This document shows, in pieces, positions 52,442 through 61,233 of a stretch of DNA of 64,000 bases. Under the pieces are notes generated by a model. That model was not told where the DNA came from, ran no database searches, and saw nothing but the letters and a program-made list of their open reading frames with translations. The stretch comes from an uncultured Actinomycetota bacterium (GTDB lineage: Bacteria > Actinomycetota > Actinomycetes > Propionibacteriales > Nocardioidaceae), in contig CAVWLC010000005.1 of assembly GCA_963755835.1 (NCBI GenBank), forward strand, positions 1,524,910 to 1,588,909, read 5' to 3'. Made by a program: the position numbers and the translations under genes. Positions within the stretch are counted from its first letter, which is position 1; each line of letters starts with the position of its first letter.

Positions 52442-53503
52442 GTGGACGGGGACCTGGACCGGGTGCATGCGCTCGTGCTCGACCCACGGAGGTTCGGCAC
52501 CGTCGCGGAGCGGGACACCTACCTCACCAACCTCGAGTCGAGGTACCTGGACATCGAGACCTCGATGAACAGGCTGATGGCCCTGCCGAGCTGGGATGAC
52601 CGCTCCTCCGGCTGGGTCGACGACCAGCTCACGCTGACCACGGCCGTCGTCCACCAGGTCGGCACGCTGCGGGGTGAGTACGACGACGCGCGGTCCTGGG
52701 GCGACGATGCCCTGGCCCGCGGACGGCACGGCTCGGCGCTGCGGCGGGCCGACCTGATGCTGCACCTCTGCGAGCTCTACCGGGTCACCGGGCGTTTCGA
52801 CCGGGCCGCCGAGCTGGTCCGCGACGCCACCGAGCTGCTGCACCTCGGCGAGCTCTCGGAGGAGGACGTGGACGCGCTCGCGCCGGTCACCTGCCACGCC
52901 TTCTTCTGCCTGGGCGCGCTCGCCTACTGGGACGGCCGTCCCGAGGAGGCCCGGCCGTTGCTGCAGCACGCCCTGACCCACGGTGGCGACTCCATCCCGC
53001 ACCTCTGGTCGCTGGTCAACCACGCGCTGATGGTCACCGATGCCGGCGACCACGATGCCGCTCTGGCGTTCGAGGAGGCGGCCATCGAGATGGCGGACCG
53101 GATGGGCGACGGCCTCGCCGTCACCGCCGTCCGCAACAACCGGGCGTGCACGCTGCGGAACCTCGGCCGCTTCCAGGAGGCCTACGACGAGTTCGCCATG
53201 CTCCTGCCCGGAATCCTCGCCGACGACATCCCGGACGCCGTGCTCACCAGCTGCGAGGACTTCGCCTGCGTCCTGTTCGACATGGGCCGCGAGCGCGACG
53301 GCGCCCTGCTGGTCGGCGCGGCCGACGCCGAGCGCGAGGCCGTGGGCGTACCCCGCATGCCCCTCCAGGAGGCGGCGGTCGCCCCCTCGATCGAGGCCGG
53401 GAGGCAACGGCTGGGCGACGACTGGGAGCCGCTGCTCCAGCGCGGAGCGGAGCTCGGTGTCCTGGCCGCGGTGGCGACGGCGCTGCGGGCGCGAGAAGGC
53501 TGA
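52442..53503 (+). CDS. TPR-like helical-repeat protein (orphan, no DNA-binding domain seen)
   Basis: All-helical repeats resemble the TPR modules of LAL/AfsR-type regulators. The start is uncertain. Confidence 0.55.
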   Translation: MDGDLDRVHALVLDPRRFGTVAERDTYLTNLESRYLDIETSMNRLMALPSWDDRSSGWVDDQLTLTTAVVHQVGTLRGEYDDARSWGDDALARGRHGSALRRADLMLHLCELYRVTGRFDRAAELVRDATELLHLGELSEEDVDALAPVTCHAFFCLGALAYWDGRPEEARPLLQHALTHGGDSIPHLWSLVNHALMVTDAGDHDAALAFEEAAIEMADRMGDGLAVTAVRNNRACTLRNLGRFQEAYDEFAMLLPGILADDIPDAVLTSCEDFACVLFDMGRERDGALLVGAADAEREAVGVPRMPLQEAAVAPSIEAGRQRLGDDWEPLLQRGAELGVLAAVATALRAREG

Positions 53504-53572
53504 ACCTGCTGCGCCGACGCCGGCTGCCGGTGCACACTCCTCGACAACTCGCACGAAACGGGGAGGACACCC

Positions 53573-53839
53573 ATGCGACGCTTCTCGACCGCGCTGGCCG
53601 GTTCGGCACTGCTCGTCGCCGCCACCGCGCTGGCCGCGCCGGCGCAGGCCAAGCCGGCCAAGCACTTCCAGAACTGCGATGCGATGCACAAGGTCTACCC
53701 GCACGGTGTCGGCAAGCCCGGCGCCAAGGACAAGACCTCGGGCACGCCGGTGACGTCGTTCAAGCGCAGCACGCCGCTGTACAACGCCAACACCGCCAGC
53801 GATCGCGACAAGGACGGGATCGCCTGCGAGGCGCAGTGA
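53573..53839 (+). CDS. secreted Excalibur calcium-binding domain protein
   Basis: Signal peptide ...ALAAPAQA, and a C-terminal DRDKDGIACE motif. Confidence 0.85.
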   Translation: MRRFSTALAGSALLVAATALAAPAQAKPAKHFQNCDAMHKVYPHGVGKPGAKDKTSGTPVTSFKRSTPLYNANTASDRDKDGIACEAQ

Positions 53840-53852
53840 GCCCCCCGCGGGG

Positions 53853-54617
53853 TCACTTCAGCTCGTAGACCACCACCACGGTCGCGGTCAGGTCCTCCTG
53901 TCCCGCCTGGATCGGCACCGGACTGGCGGCCGAAGCCGCCTGGTCGTAGGCGCCGCGGGACAGGTCGGTGGCATCCGGCTGGTCCGCGGTCTCACTGATC
54001 CGGACGATGTCACCGAGCTCGCGGCCGGCGTCCCCGGCGTACTCCTCGGCCTTGGCCTGCGCCTGCTGCACCGCATCGCTGCGGGCCGGCTCGAGGGCAC
54101 CGTCCGGGTCGGCGACCTGGAGCCGGAGCCCGTCGAGCCGCACCCCGGTGCCGCCCGCGCCCAGGGCGGCGGTGACGACGTCACTGCCCTTGGCGAGGTC
54201 GTCGACGGTGACCGTGATGCTGTGGCTGACCCGGTAGCCCTGCAGGGTCGGCGGCTGGCCCTTCTGGTGCCGGCCGTACTGCGGGTAGGTCGACACGTCC
54301 GTCGTCTGCACGTCCTTCTCGGCCACCCCGGCCGCCTTCAGGGTGTCCACGACGGACTGCATGGCGCTGTTCGCGTCGTCGAGGGCCTGGGTGAGGCCGG
54401 GCCGCAGCACGCTGACGCTCAGGTCGAAGGCGAGCTGGTCCGGTACCACGGAGACGTGGCCGACGCCGCTGACGGTGATCGTGCGCGTCGCGTCCGACGT
54501 CTCGGCGCTGGCGGGCGAGGGACCCGCGTTCCCCACGAGGTACGCGGCCACCAGGCCGAGGCCGACCAGCCCCGTCACCAGCAGTCCACGGACGCTGAGC
54601 GTCACCTTCCTGTCCAT
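53853..54617 (-). CDS. SIMPL (DUF541) domain-containing protein
   Basis: N-terminal TM/signal, then ITVSGVGHVSVVPDQLAFDLSV...GYRVSHSITVTV...A(Q)AKAEEYA. Confidence 0.82.
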   Translation of the reverse strand: MDRKVTLSVRGLLVTGLVGLGLVAAYLVGNAGPSPASAETSDATRTITVSGVGHVSVVPDQLAFDLSVSVLRPGLTQALDDANSAMQSVVDTLKAAGVAEKDVQTTDVSTYPQYGRHQKGQPPTLQGYRVSHSITVTVDDLAKGSDVVTAALGAGGTGVRLDGLRLQVADPDGALEPARSDAVQQAQAKAEEYAGDAGRELGDIVRISETADQPDATDLSRGAYDQAASAASPVPIQAGQEDLTATVVVVYELK

Positions 54618-54678
54618 CGCACACCTCCGGGCGCCGTCCGATCGTGTCGATCGGACGTGCGTCAGGTCGCACCGGTTC

Positions 54679-55107
54679 CTACCGGGCCAGGTGTTGCAGG
54701 GCCATCCGGTAGCCGTCGATGCCGTGGCCGGCGACGACCGCGACCGCGTGCGGGGTGACCACGGAGGTGTGCCGGAACTCCTCGGGCCGCTGCTCCGGGT
54801 CGGAGATGTGCACCTCGACCAGCGGTGCCGTCAGCTGGGCGCAGGCGTCGAAGAGTGCCCAGGAGTAGTGCGTCCACGCGGCCGCGTTGAGCACGACGGG
54901 GGTCTCGTCGTCGGCCGCGGCATTGAGCCAGTCGAGCAGCTCGCCCTCGTGGTTGGTCTGGCGGACCTCCACCTCAAGCCCGAGAGGGCGGCCCCAGTCG
55001 ACGCAGAGCCCGGCGAGCTCCTCGAGGGTGGTCGAGCCGTAGATCTCCGGCTGCCGGCGGCCGAGCCGACCCAGGTTGGGACCGTTGAGGACCAGGACCC
55101 GGGTCAT
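54679..55107 (-). CDS. aroQ: type II 3-dehydroquinate dehydratase
   Basis: VLVLNGPNLGRLGRRQPEIYG...NAAAWTHYS...VEVHISD. The ATG overlaps the aroB stop (ATGA). Confidence 0.95.
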   Translation of the reverse strand: MTRVLVLNGPNLGRLGRRQPEIYGSTTLEELAGLCVDWGRPLGLEVEVRQTNHEGELLDWLNAAADDETPVVLNAAAWTHYSWALFDACAQLTAPLVEVHISDPEQRPEEFRHTSVVTPHAVAVVAGHGIDGYRMALQHLAR

Positions 55108-56159
55108 CGCAGCACCTCGTACGCCGATCGCAGCAGCTCCTCCGACGGGCCGCTCAGGACCGCGGGCCGGGCCAGCCCGTCGAGGACGACGAACCGCAGG
55201 GTGTCGCCGCGCGTCTTCTTGTCGACCCGCATCACCGCCAGCAGGTCGTCGAAGGGCGCGCCCTGCCAGCTCGTGGGCAGCCCGACCGAGGCGAGCACGG
55301 TCCCGTGCCGGGCCGCGGTGTCGTCGTCCAGGCGCCCGGCGAGCCGGGCCAGCTCGGCGACGTACACCATCCCGACCGAGACCGCCTCGCCGTGCCGCAC
55401 GGAGAAGTCGGTGATCCGCTCGATCGCGTGCGCCAGCGTGTGGCCGTAGTTGAGCGCCTCCCGGCCCGGGTGTCCTGCGGTGCCGCCGGTCTCGCGCAGG
55501 TCGCCGGCGACCACCTCGGCCTTGACCCGCACCGAGCGCTCCACGAGCTCCGCGAGCACGTCGGACGCCGGGTCGAGCGCGGCGGCCGGGTCCTTCTCGA
55601 CCAGGCCGAGGATCTCCGGGTCGGCGATGAATCCGCACTTGACCACCTCGCCCAGGGCGCTGACCAGCTCAGCGGCCGGCAGCGTCTCGAGGAACGACAG
55701 GTCGCAGAGCACGCCGGCGGGCTCGTAGAAGGAGCCGACGAGGTTCTTGCCGGCCGCGGTGTCGATGCCGGTCTTGCCGCCCACCGCGGCGTCGACCATG
55801 CCGAGCAGCGACGTCGGCACGTGCACGACGCGGACGCCGCGCAGCCAGGTCGCGGCCACGAAGCCCCCGACGTCGGTGGTCGCTCCGCCGCCGAGGGTGA
55901 CCACGACGTCGGAGCGGGTGAAGCCGGCGGCGCCGAGCCGCTCCCAGCAGTCGGCGACCACCGCCGCGGTCTTGGCCGCCTCGCCGTCCGGGACCTCGAG
56001 GTCGAGCACGTCGTAGCCGGGCAGGTCGAGCGACCGGCCCGGCGCGTGGACCAGCGCGACCCGGCGTACGTCGCCCAGAAGCGCGGGCAGCCGGTCGACC
56101 ACGCCCCGCCCGACCTCCACGTCGTACGGCGCCGGAGTCGCTACGTGAACCGTCGTCAT
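55104..56159 (-). CDS. aroB: 3-dehydroquinate synthase
   Basis: GGGATTDVGGFVAATWLRGV...PTSLLGMVDAAVGGKTGI...LNYGHTLAHA. Confidence 0.95.
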   Translation of the reverse strand: MTTVHVATPAPYDVEVGRGVVDRLPALLGDVRRVALVHAPGRSLDLPGYDVLDLEVPDGEAAKTAAVVADCWERLGAAGFTRSDVVVTLGGGATTDVGGFVAATWLRGVRVVHVPTSLLGMVDAAVGGKTGIDTAAGKNLVGSFYEPAGVLCDLSFLETLPAAELVSALGEVVKCGFIADPEILGLVEKDPAAALDPASDVLAELVERSVRVKAEVVAGDLRETGGTAGHPGREALNYGHTLAHAIERITDFSVRHGEAVSVGMVYVAELARLAGRLDDDTAARHGTVLASVGLPTSWQGAPFDDLLAVMRVDKKTRGDTLRFVVLDGLARPAVLSGPSEELLRSAYEVLR

Positions 56160-56656
56160 GCCAGTGCCTCCACGATCTCGGCCGCCACCTCGTCGGCGGT
56201 GCGCCCGTCGGTGTCGACGACCAGCGTGGCCACGGACTCGTAGATCGGGGTGCGTTCGTCGAGCAGTGTCTTGATCCGTCCCCTCACGTTGCCGAGCAGC
56301 AGCGGCCGCGCGCTGCCGAGCCCGACCCGCTTCACCGCGTCGGAGAGGCCCACGCGCAGGAAGACGACGGAGTGGCCGGTCAGGAGCTCACGGGTGGCCG
56401 GGTCGAGCACCGCTCCCCCGCCGAGCGCGAGCACCCCGTCATGAGTGGCCAGCGCCTCGGCCACCGCCTTGCGCTCGAGGTCGCGGAAGTGGGCCTCCCC
56501 CGACTCCACGAAGATGTCGGAGATGGTCCGCCCCTCGAGCCTCTCGACGTCGGCGTCGGTGTCGCGCGCCTCGACGTCCCAGGCCCGGGCCAGCAGCGCA
56601 CCGACGGTGGTCTTGCCGGCGCCCATCGGCCCGACCAGCACCACTGGAGGGGTCAC
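56156..56656 (-). CDS. aroK: shikimate kinase
   Basis: [15 protein letters not shown]...DTD...LALGGGAV. Confidence 0.94.
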   Translation of the reverse strand: MTPPVVLVGPMGAGKTTVGALLARAWDVEARDTDADVERLEGRTISDIFVESGEAHFRDLERKAVAEALATHDGVLALGGGAVLDPATRELLTGHSVVFLRVGLSDAVKRVGLGSARPLLLGNVRGRIKTLLDERTPIYESVATLVVDTDGRTADEVAAEIVEALA

Positions 56657-57831
56657 CTGAACCTCAGCGTGTCGAGGTACGACTCGGCGTTGCGCCGGGT
56701 CTCCTGCACCGAGTCGCCACCGAACTTCTCCAGCACCGCATCGGCCAGCACCAGCGCCACCATCGCCTCGGCCACGATGCCCGCGGCCGGTACGGCGCAG
56801 ACGTCGGAGCGCTGGTGGTGGGCGGTGGTGGCCTCGCCGGTGGCCACGTCCACCGTGCGGAGCGCGCGGGGAACGGTGGCGATCGGCTTCATCGCGGCCC
56901 GTACCCGCAGCACCTCGCCGGTGGTCATGCCGCCCTCGGTGCCGCCGGAGCGGCCGCTGACCCGGCGGATCCCGGCCTCGGTCGGCACCATCTCGTCGTG
57001 CGCCTCCGAGCCCGGCGTGGCCGCCAGCGCGAAGCCGTCACCGACCTCGACCCCCTTGATGGCCTGGATGCCCATGAGTGCACCGGCCAGCCGGGAGTCG
57101 AGCCGGCGGTCCCAGTGCACGTGCGAGCCGAGACCGGGTGGCAGGCCGTGCACGACCACCTCGACCACACCGCCGAGGGTGTCACCCTCCTCGTGGGCCA
57201 GGTCGATCCGCTCGACCATCTGCTTGCTGGTGTCGGGGTCGAGGCACCGCACCGGGTCGTCGTCGAGGCGGGAGACGTCGTCCGGCTCGGGCCAGAGCCC
57301 GTCGGGCGCGCGTACGCCGCCGAGCTCGATGACGTGGGAGACGACCCGGGCCCCCACCGCCTGCTGGAGGAAGTTGGTGGCCACCTGCCCGAGCGCGACC
57401 CGCGCCGCCGTCTCGCGGGCGGAAGCGCGCTCCAGGATCGGGCGGGCCTCGTCGAAGGCGTACTTCTGCATGCCCACGAGATCGGCGTGGCCGGGCCGGG
57501 GGCGAGTGAGCGGCGCGTTTCGCGCGGACCCCTCGAGCTCCACCGGGTCGACGGCGTCGGCCGACATCACCTTCTCCCACTTGGGCCACTCGGTGTTGCC
57601 GATCTGGATCGCGACGGGGCCGCCCTGGGTCTCACCGTGGCGTACGCCGCCCAGGAGCGTCACCTCGTCCTGCTCGAACTTCATCCGGGCGCCGCGTCCG
57701 TAGCCCAGCCGGCGCCGCGCCAGCGCCTCGCGGATGTCGTCGGAGGACACCCGCACGTGGGCGGGCAGCCCCTCGAGGATGGCGACGAGGGACGGGCCGT
57801 GCGACTCCCCCGCGGTCAGCCAGCGCAACAT
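56653..57831 (-). CDS. aroC: chorismate synthase
   Basis: [23 protein letters not shown]...GRSGGTEGG... Confidence 0.96.
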   Translation of the reverse strand: MLRWLTAGESHGPSLVAILEGLPAHVRVSSDDIREALARRRLGYGRGARMKFEQDEVTLLGGVRHGETQGGPVAIQIGNTEWPKWEKVMSADAVDPVELEGSARNAPLTRPRPGHADLVGMQKYAFDEARPILERASARETAARVALGQVATNFLQQAVGARVVSHVIELGGVRAPDGLWPEPDDVSRLDDDPVRCLDPDTSKQMVERIDLAHEEGDTLGGVVEVVVHGLPPGLGSHVHWDRRLDSRLAGALMGIQAIKGVEVGDGFALAATPGSEAHDEMVPTEAGIRRVSGRSGGTEGGMTTGEVLRVRAAMKPIATVPRALRTVDVATGEATTAHHQRSDVCAVPAAGIVAEAMVALVLADAVLEKFGGDSVQETRRNAESYLDTLRFR

Positions 57832-57924
57832 GTTCTTCCGGGGTCCCCGCGGAAGCGTGCCGCTTCCGCGCGGAGCGCGCCCGGTGCGCGCTTTCGTGGG
57901 GTGGACAACATGGGAAAGATTGTG

Positions 57925-58647
57925 TCAGCCGTAGAGGGCGGTGATGAGCGGCTGTCCGGCAACGACGCCCACCAGGGCACCAACCAGCATGAACGGACCG
58001 AACGGGTAGTCCCGCCGCCGGGTCACCAGCGACAGCAGCCCTCCGCCCACGCCACCGAGGATCAGGCCGGCTCCGATGCCGACCCACAGCTCGGACCAGC
58101 CCAACCAGCCCAGGGCCAGCCCGAGCACCCCGGAGAGGCGGACGTCGCCGTAGCCGAGGCCGCGGGGGTAGATGAACCAGAGCACGAAGAACATCCCGCC
58201 GTAGACCAGCCAGCCCAGCGCGGTGCGCTCCAGGTCGTGGAAGTCCCGGTCACCGAGGAGAAACGCCAGCAGGACCGTCACGACCGTCACGGCGTACGCC
58301 GGTGCGATCAGCCGGGTGGGCAGCAGCCTGGTCCGCCAGTCGATGACCGCCAGGGCAACCCCCACGGGCACCAGCGGCAGCACCACGAGCAGCGACACGT
58401 GCCAGCCGAGCACCAGCCCGATCGCCGCGGCGCTCACGCCGGCGGTCAGCGTCGTCGTCCAGATCAGCCCGGGGCGTGCCGCGATGTCGGCGTACAGCTC
58501 CTTGGGCTCCTCGGGCTCGCCGTCCTTCTCCTCCGGGTCCGGCTCATCCGGCTCGGGCACCCACGCGATGAGTCGCGGCACCAGGACACCCGCGACCAGC
58601 CCCGCGACACCGGCGGCGACCGCCGTCACGGGGTAGAGGTCGGTCAC
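57925..58647 (-). CDS. A24-family prepilin peptidase
   Basis: Polytopic membrane protein with GYGDVRL and GPFML motifs. GTG overlaps the aroE stop (GTGA). Confidence 0.85.
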   Translation of the reverse strand: MTDLYPVTAVAAGVAGLVAGVLVPRLIAWVPEPDEPDPEEKDGEPEEPKELYADIAARPGLIWTTTLTAGVSAAAIGLVLGWHVSLLVVLPLVPVGVALAVIDWRTRLLPTRLIAPAYAVTVVTVLLAFLLGDRDFHDLERTALGWLVYGGMFFVLWFIYPRGLGYGDVRLSGVLGLALGWLGWSELWVGIGAGLILGGVGGGLLSLVTRRRDYPFGPFMLVGALVGVVAGQPLITALYG

Positions 58648-59483
58648 CTCGACAACCTCGAGGCGAGCTCCTCGTCGGCCGCGCGCCGCATCGCTCCCGC
58701 GGGCACGTCGTGGCGGCCGGTCATCGCCACCACCTGGTTGATGGCCTGCGCGACCAGCAGGTCGAGGCCGCTCAGCACGGTGCGGCCGGCACGTTCGGCC
58801 GCCGCGGCCAGGGGCGTGGGCCAGGGGTCGTAGACGGCGTCGAAGACGACCGGGAGCTCGGCCACGGCGGCCAGCAGCTCCGGGACCTGGGCCGAGGTCG
58901 GCACCGTGGAGACCAGTACGTCGCCCGTGAGGCTCTCAGCCTCCCCTTCGACCACGGCCAGCGTGCGCAGCTCGACCTCCGGGGCCGACCGGTGGACGGC
59001 CAGCGCGTGCACCGTGTCGGCGGCCCGCTCCGGGTCGCGGACGACGAGGGTGGCGTGCCGCAGCCCGCGCTCGGCCAGGGCGAGCAGCAGGGACGTGGCC
59101 GTCGCGCCGCCGCCGAGCACCACCGCCCTCTCCAGCGGCACGTCGTGCTCACCCAGCACCATCAGCGCCCCGGTCACGTCGGTGTTGAGACCGTGCCTGG
59201 TGCCGTCCGGCTCGAGGAGCACGGTGTTGCAGGCCCCCGTGGCCGACACCCACTCGTCGTGCGACGACAGGAGCGGCAGCGCCTCGCGCTTGAGCGGCAT
59301 GGTCAGCGACAGCCCACGCCACTCGGCCGGGTCCAGCCCGTCCACGAACGCCGCCAGACCGCCGGCCGGGACCTGCACGGCGTCGTACCGCCAGTCCTCG
59401 AGGCCCAGGTCGCGATAGGCCGCCCGGTGGATCACCGGGGACAGGGAGTGGTCGACCGGGTCGCCGAGGACCGCGCACCTCAT
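58644..59483 (-). CDS. aroE: shikimate dehydrogenase
   Basis: AVLGDPVDHSLSPVIHRAAY...LSLTMPLK...NTD...VLGGGATA. Confidence 0.93.
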   Translation of the reverse strand: MRCAVLGDPVDHSLSPVIHRAAYRDLGLEDWRYDAVQVPAGGLAAFVDGLDPAEWRGLSLTMPLKREALPLLSSHDEWVSATGACNTVLLEPDGTRHGLNTDVTGALMVLGEHDVPLERAVVLGGGATATSLLLALAERGLRHATLVVRDPERAADTVHALAVHRSAPEVELRTLAVVEGEAESLTGDVLVSTVPTSAQVPELLAAVAELPVVFDAVYDPWPTPLAAAAERAGRTVLSGLDLLVAQAINQVVAMTGRHDVPAGAMRRAADEELASRLSR

Positions 59484-59490
59484 GACGGCG

Positions 59491-60648
59491 TCAGCACGCG
59501 TCCGAGGTCTCGCAGTACGTCGCGAGCTCCTGCTTGTACTCGAGGAACGTGTTGTAGTCGTCGGTGAACTTGGTCTCGCCGGTCTTGAGGTTCACCGTGA
59601 CGTACCAGAGCCACGGCCCGTCCGCGGGGTGCAGCGCGGCCTGGATCGAGTCGTCGCCCGGCGACCCGATCGGGCCCGGCGGCAGCCCCGGGTTCTTGCG
59701 GGTGTTGTACGGCGAGTCGACGTCGAGGTCCTCCTGGGTCAGCGCGACGCCCAGGTCATCACGTCCGAGGGCGTAGTTGACCGTGGCATCGATCTCCAGC
59801 AGACCGTTGGTCGTGCCGTTGTCCGGGTTCTCCAGCCGGTTGTAGATGACCCGCGAGATCTTGGTGCGGTACTTCCCGCGTCCTTCTGCCTCGATCAGGC
59901 TCGCGATCGTCATGATCTCGTGCGGCGTGTAGCCGAGGGCCTGGGCGCCGGCCTCGAGGTCGTTCTGCTGGGCGGCCTGCTGCCAACGCACCACCATGTC
60001 ATGGAGCATGTCGGCCGGCTTCTCGTCCGGGCCGAAGGAGTAGGTCGCCGGGAACAGGTACCCCTCCGCGTTGCCCTTGGCGTCCGCGGGCAGGCCGAGC
60101 GCCTGCGGGTCCTTGAGCGCGGCCTCGAACTCCTCCTTCTTGAACCCCGTCTCCTTGACCAGCCGGGCCACGATCTGGTCGACCGTGAACCCCTCGGGGA
60201 TGGCCACTGACGTGGTCACGATGTTGCCGGGGTCCACCAGGACGGCGACCACGTCGGACGCCTTCATCTGCTTCTTGAGCGGGTAGTAGCCCGCCTGGAT
60301 CGAGCTCGACTGCGCGTTGCCGTTGGCGGCGTCGATGAACGCCTCGACCGACGCGACGATGTCCGCCGACTTCAGCCCCCGGCCCATCTCGGCGATGCTG
60401 TCGCCCGGCTTGACCTCGAAGGTGACGTCCGCGCCGCCCGGCCCCGGGTAGTCGTCGGCCGAGCTGAACTGGTCCTTGACCTTGCCGATCCCGGTGGTCA
60501 CGCCCCAGTAGCCGGCGCCCACGAGCACGGCGAGGATCACCAGTGCGATCAGGCAGCCGGGGCCGCGCCGACGCTGCCTCTGCGCCCGGCGCCCTCCGGC
60601 CGGCGTCGCGGGCTGCTGACCCCTGAGGAGGTCGTCCATGTCGGTCAT
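59491..60648 (-). CDS. mltG: endolytic murein transglycosylase MltG (YceG)
   Basis: N-terminal TM helix, then AEGYLFPATY...ASLIEAE...SPYNTRKNPGLPPGPIGSPG. ATG at 60648. Confidence 0.92.
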   Translation of the reverse strand: MTDMDDLLRGQQPATPAGGRRAQRQRRRGPGCLIALVILAVLVGAGYWGVTTGIGKVKDQFSSADDYPGPGGADVTFEVKPGDSIAEMGRGLKSADIVASVEAFIDAANGNAQSSSIQAGYYPLKKQMKASDVVAVLVDPGNIVTTSVAIPEGFTVDQIVARLVKETGFKKEEFEAALKDPQALGLPADAKGNAEGYLFPATYSFGPDEKPADMLHDMVVRWQQAAQQNDLEAGAQALGYTPHEIMTIASLIEAEGRGKYRTKISRVIYNRLENPDNGTTNGLLEIDATVNYALGRDDLGVALTQEDLDVDSPYNTRKNPGLPPGPIGSPGDDSIQAALHPADGPWLWYVTVNLKTGETKFTDDYNTFLEYKQELATYCETSDAC

Positions 60649-60650
60649 GG

Positions 60651-61127
60651 TCAGTCTCTCTCCTCGATGATCTCTCCGGGCGCGGTGCCGCTTGCCCTCT
60701 CGGTGTCCAGCGCGTGCTGCAAGATCACCACCGCGGCGGCCTGGTCGACCACCGCACGACGTCTCGCCCCCGAACGCCCCCGGTCGCGCAGCATAGCCTC
60801 CGCGCTCACCGTGGTGAGCCTCTCGTCGGCCAGCCGCACCGGGACCGGGGCGATCGTCCGGGCCAGGCTCCCGGCCCACTCGCGCACCTTCGCCGCGGCC
60901 GGCCCCTCCCCTCCGGACAGCGACCTGGGCAGGCCGACGACGACCTCCAGCACCCGCTCCGGGTCGCCGTCCTGCTCCACCGAGAGCAGCTCGGCGATCC
61001 GCGCCAGGTCGCCCCGGCCGCGCTGCACGGTCTCGACCGGGGTCGCCAGCACCCCGGACGGGTCGGACCGAGCCACCCCGATCCGCGCGTCCCCGGGGTC
61101 CAGACCCAGCCGTACGCCGTGCCTCAC
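60651..61127 (-). CDS. ruvX: Holliday junction resolvase-like RuvX (YqgF)
   Basis: LGLDPGDARIGVARSD...VVGLPRSLSG...DERLTT. Confidence 0.92.
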   Translation of the reverse strand: MRHGVRLGLDPGDARIGVARSDPSGVLATPVETVQRGRGDLARIAELLSVEQDGDPERVLEVVVGLPRSLSGGEGPAAAKVREWAGSLARTIAPVPVRLADERLTTVSAEAMLRDRGRSGARRRAVVDQAAAVVILQHALDTERASGTAPGEIIEERD

Positions 61128-61233
61128 CGCGTCCTCCCGCCCGCCGCCGACCTGGGAGGATGTGTCGCCCGATGCCGAGCCGTCGTTGCTCGTGAGGAGT
61201 AACGACGGGTCGGCGTGGCCAGATGACCGTGGC

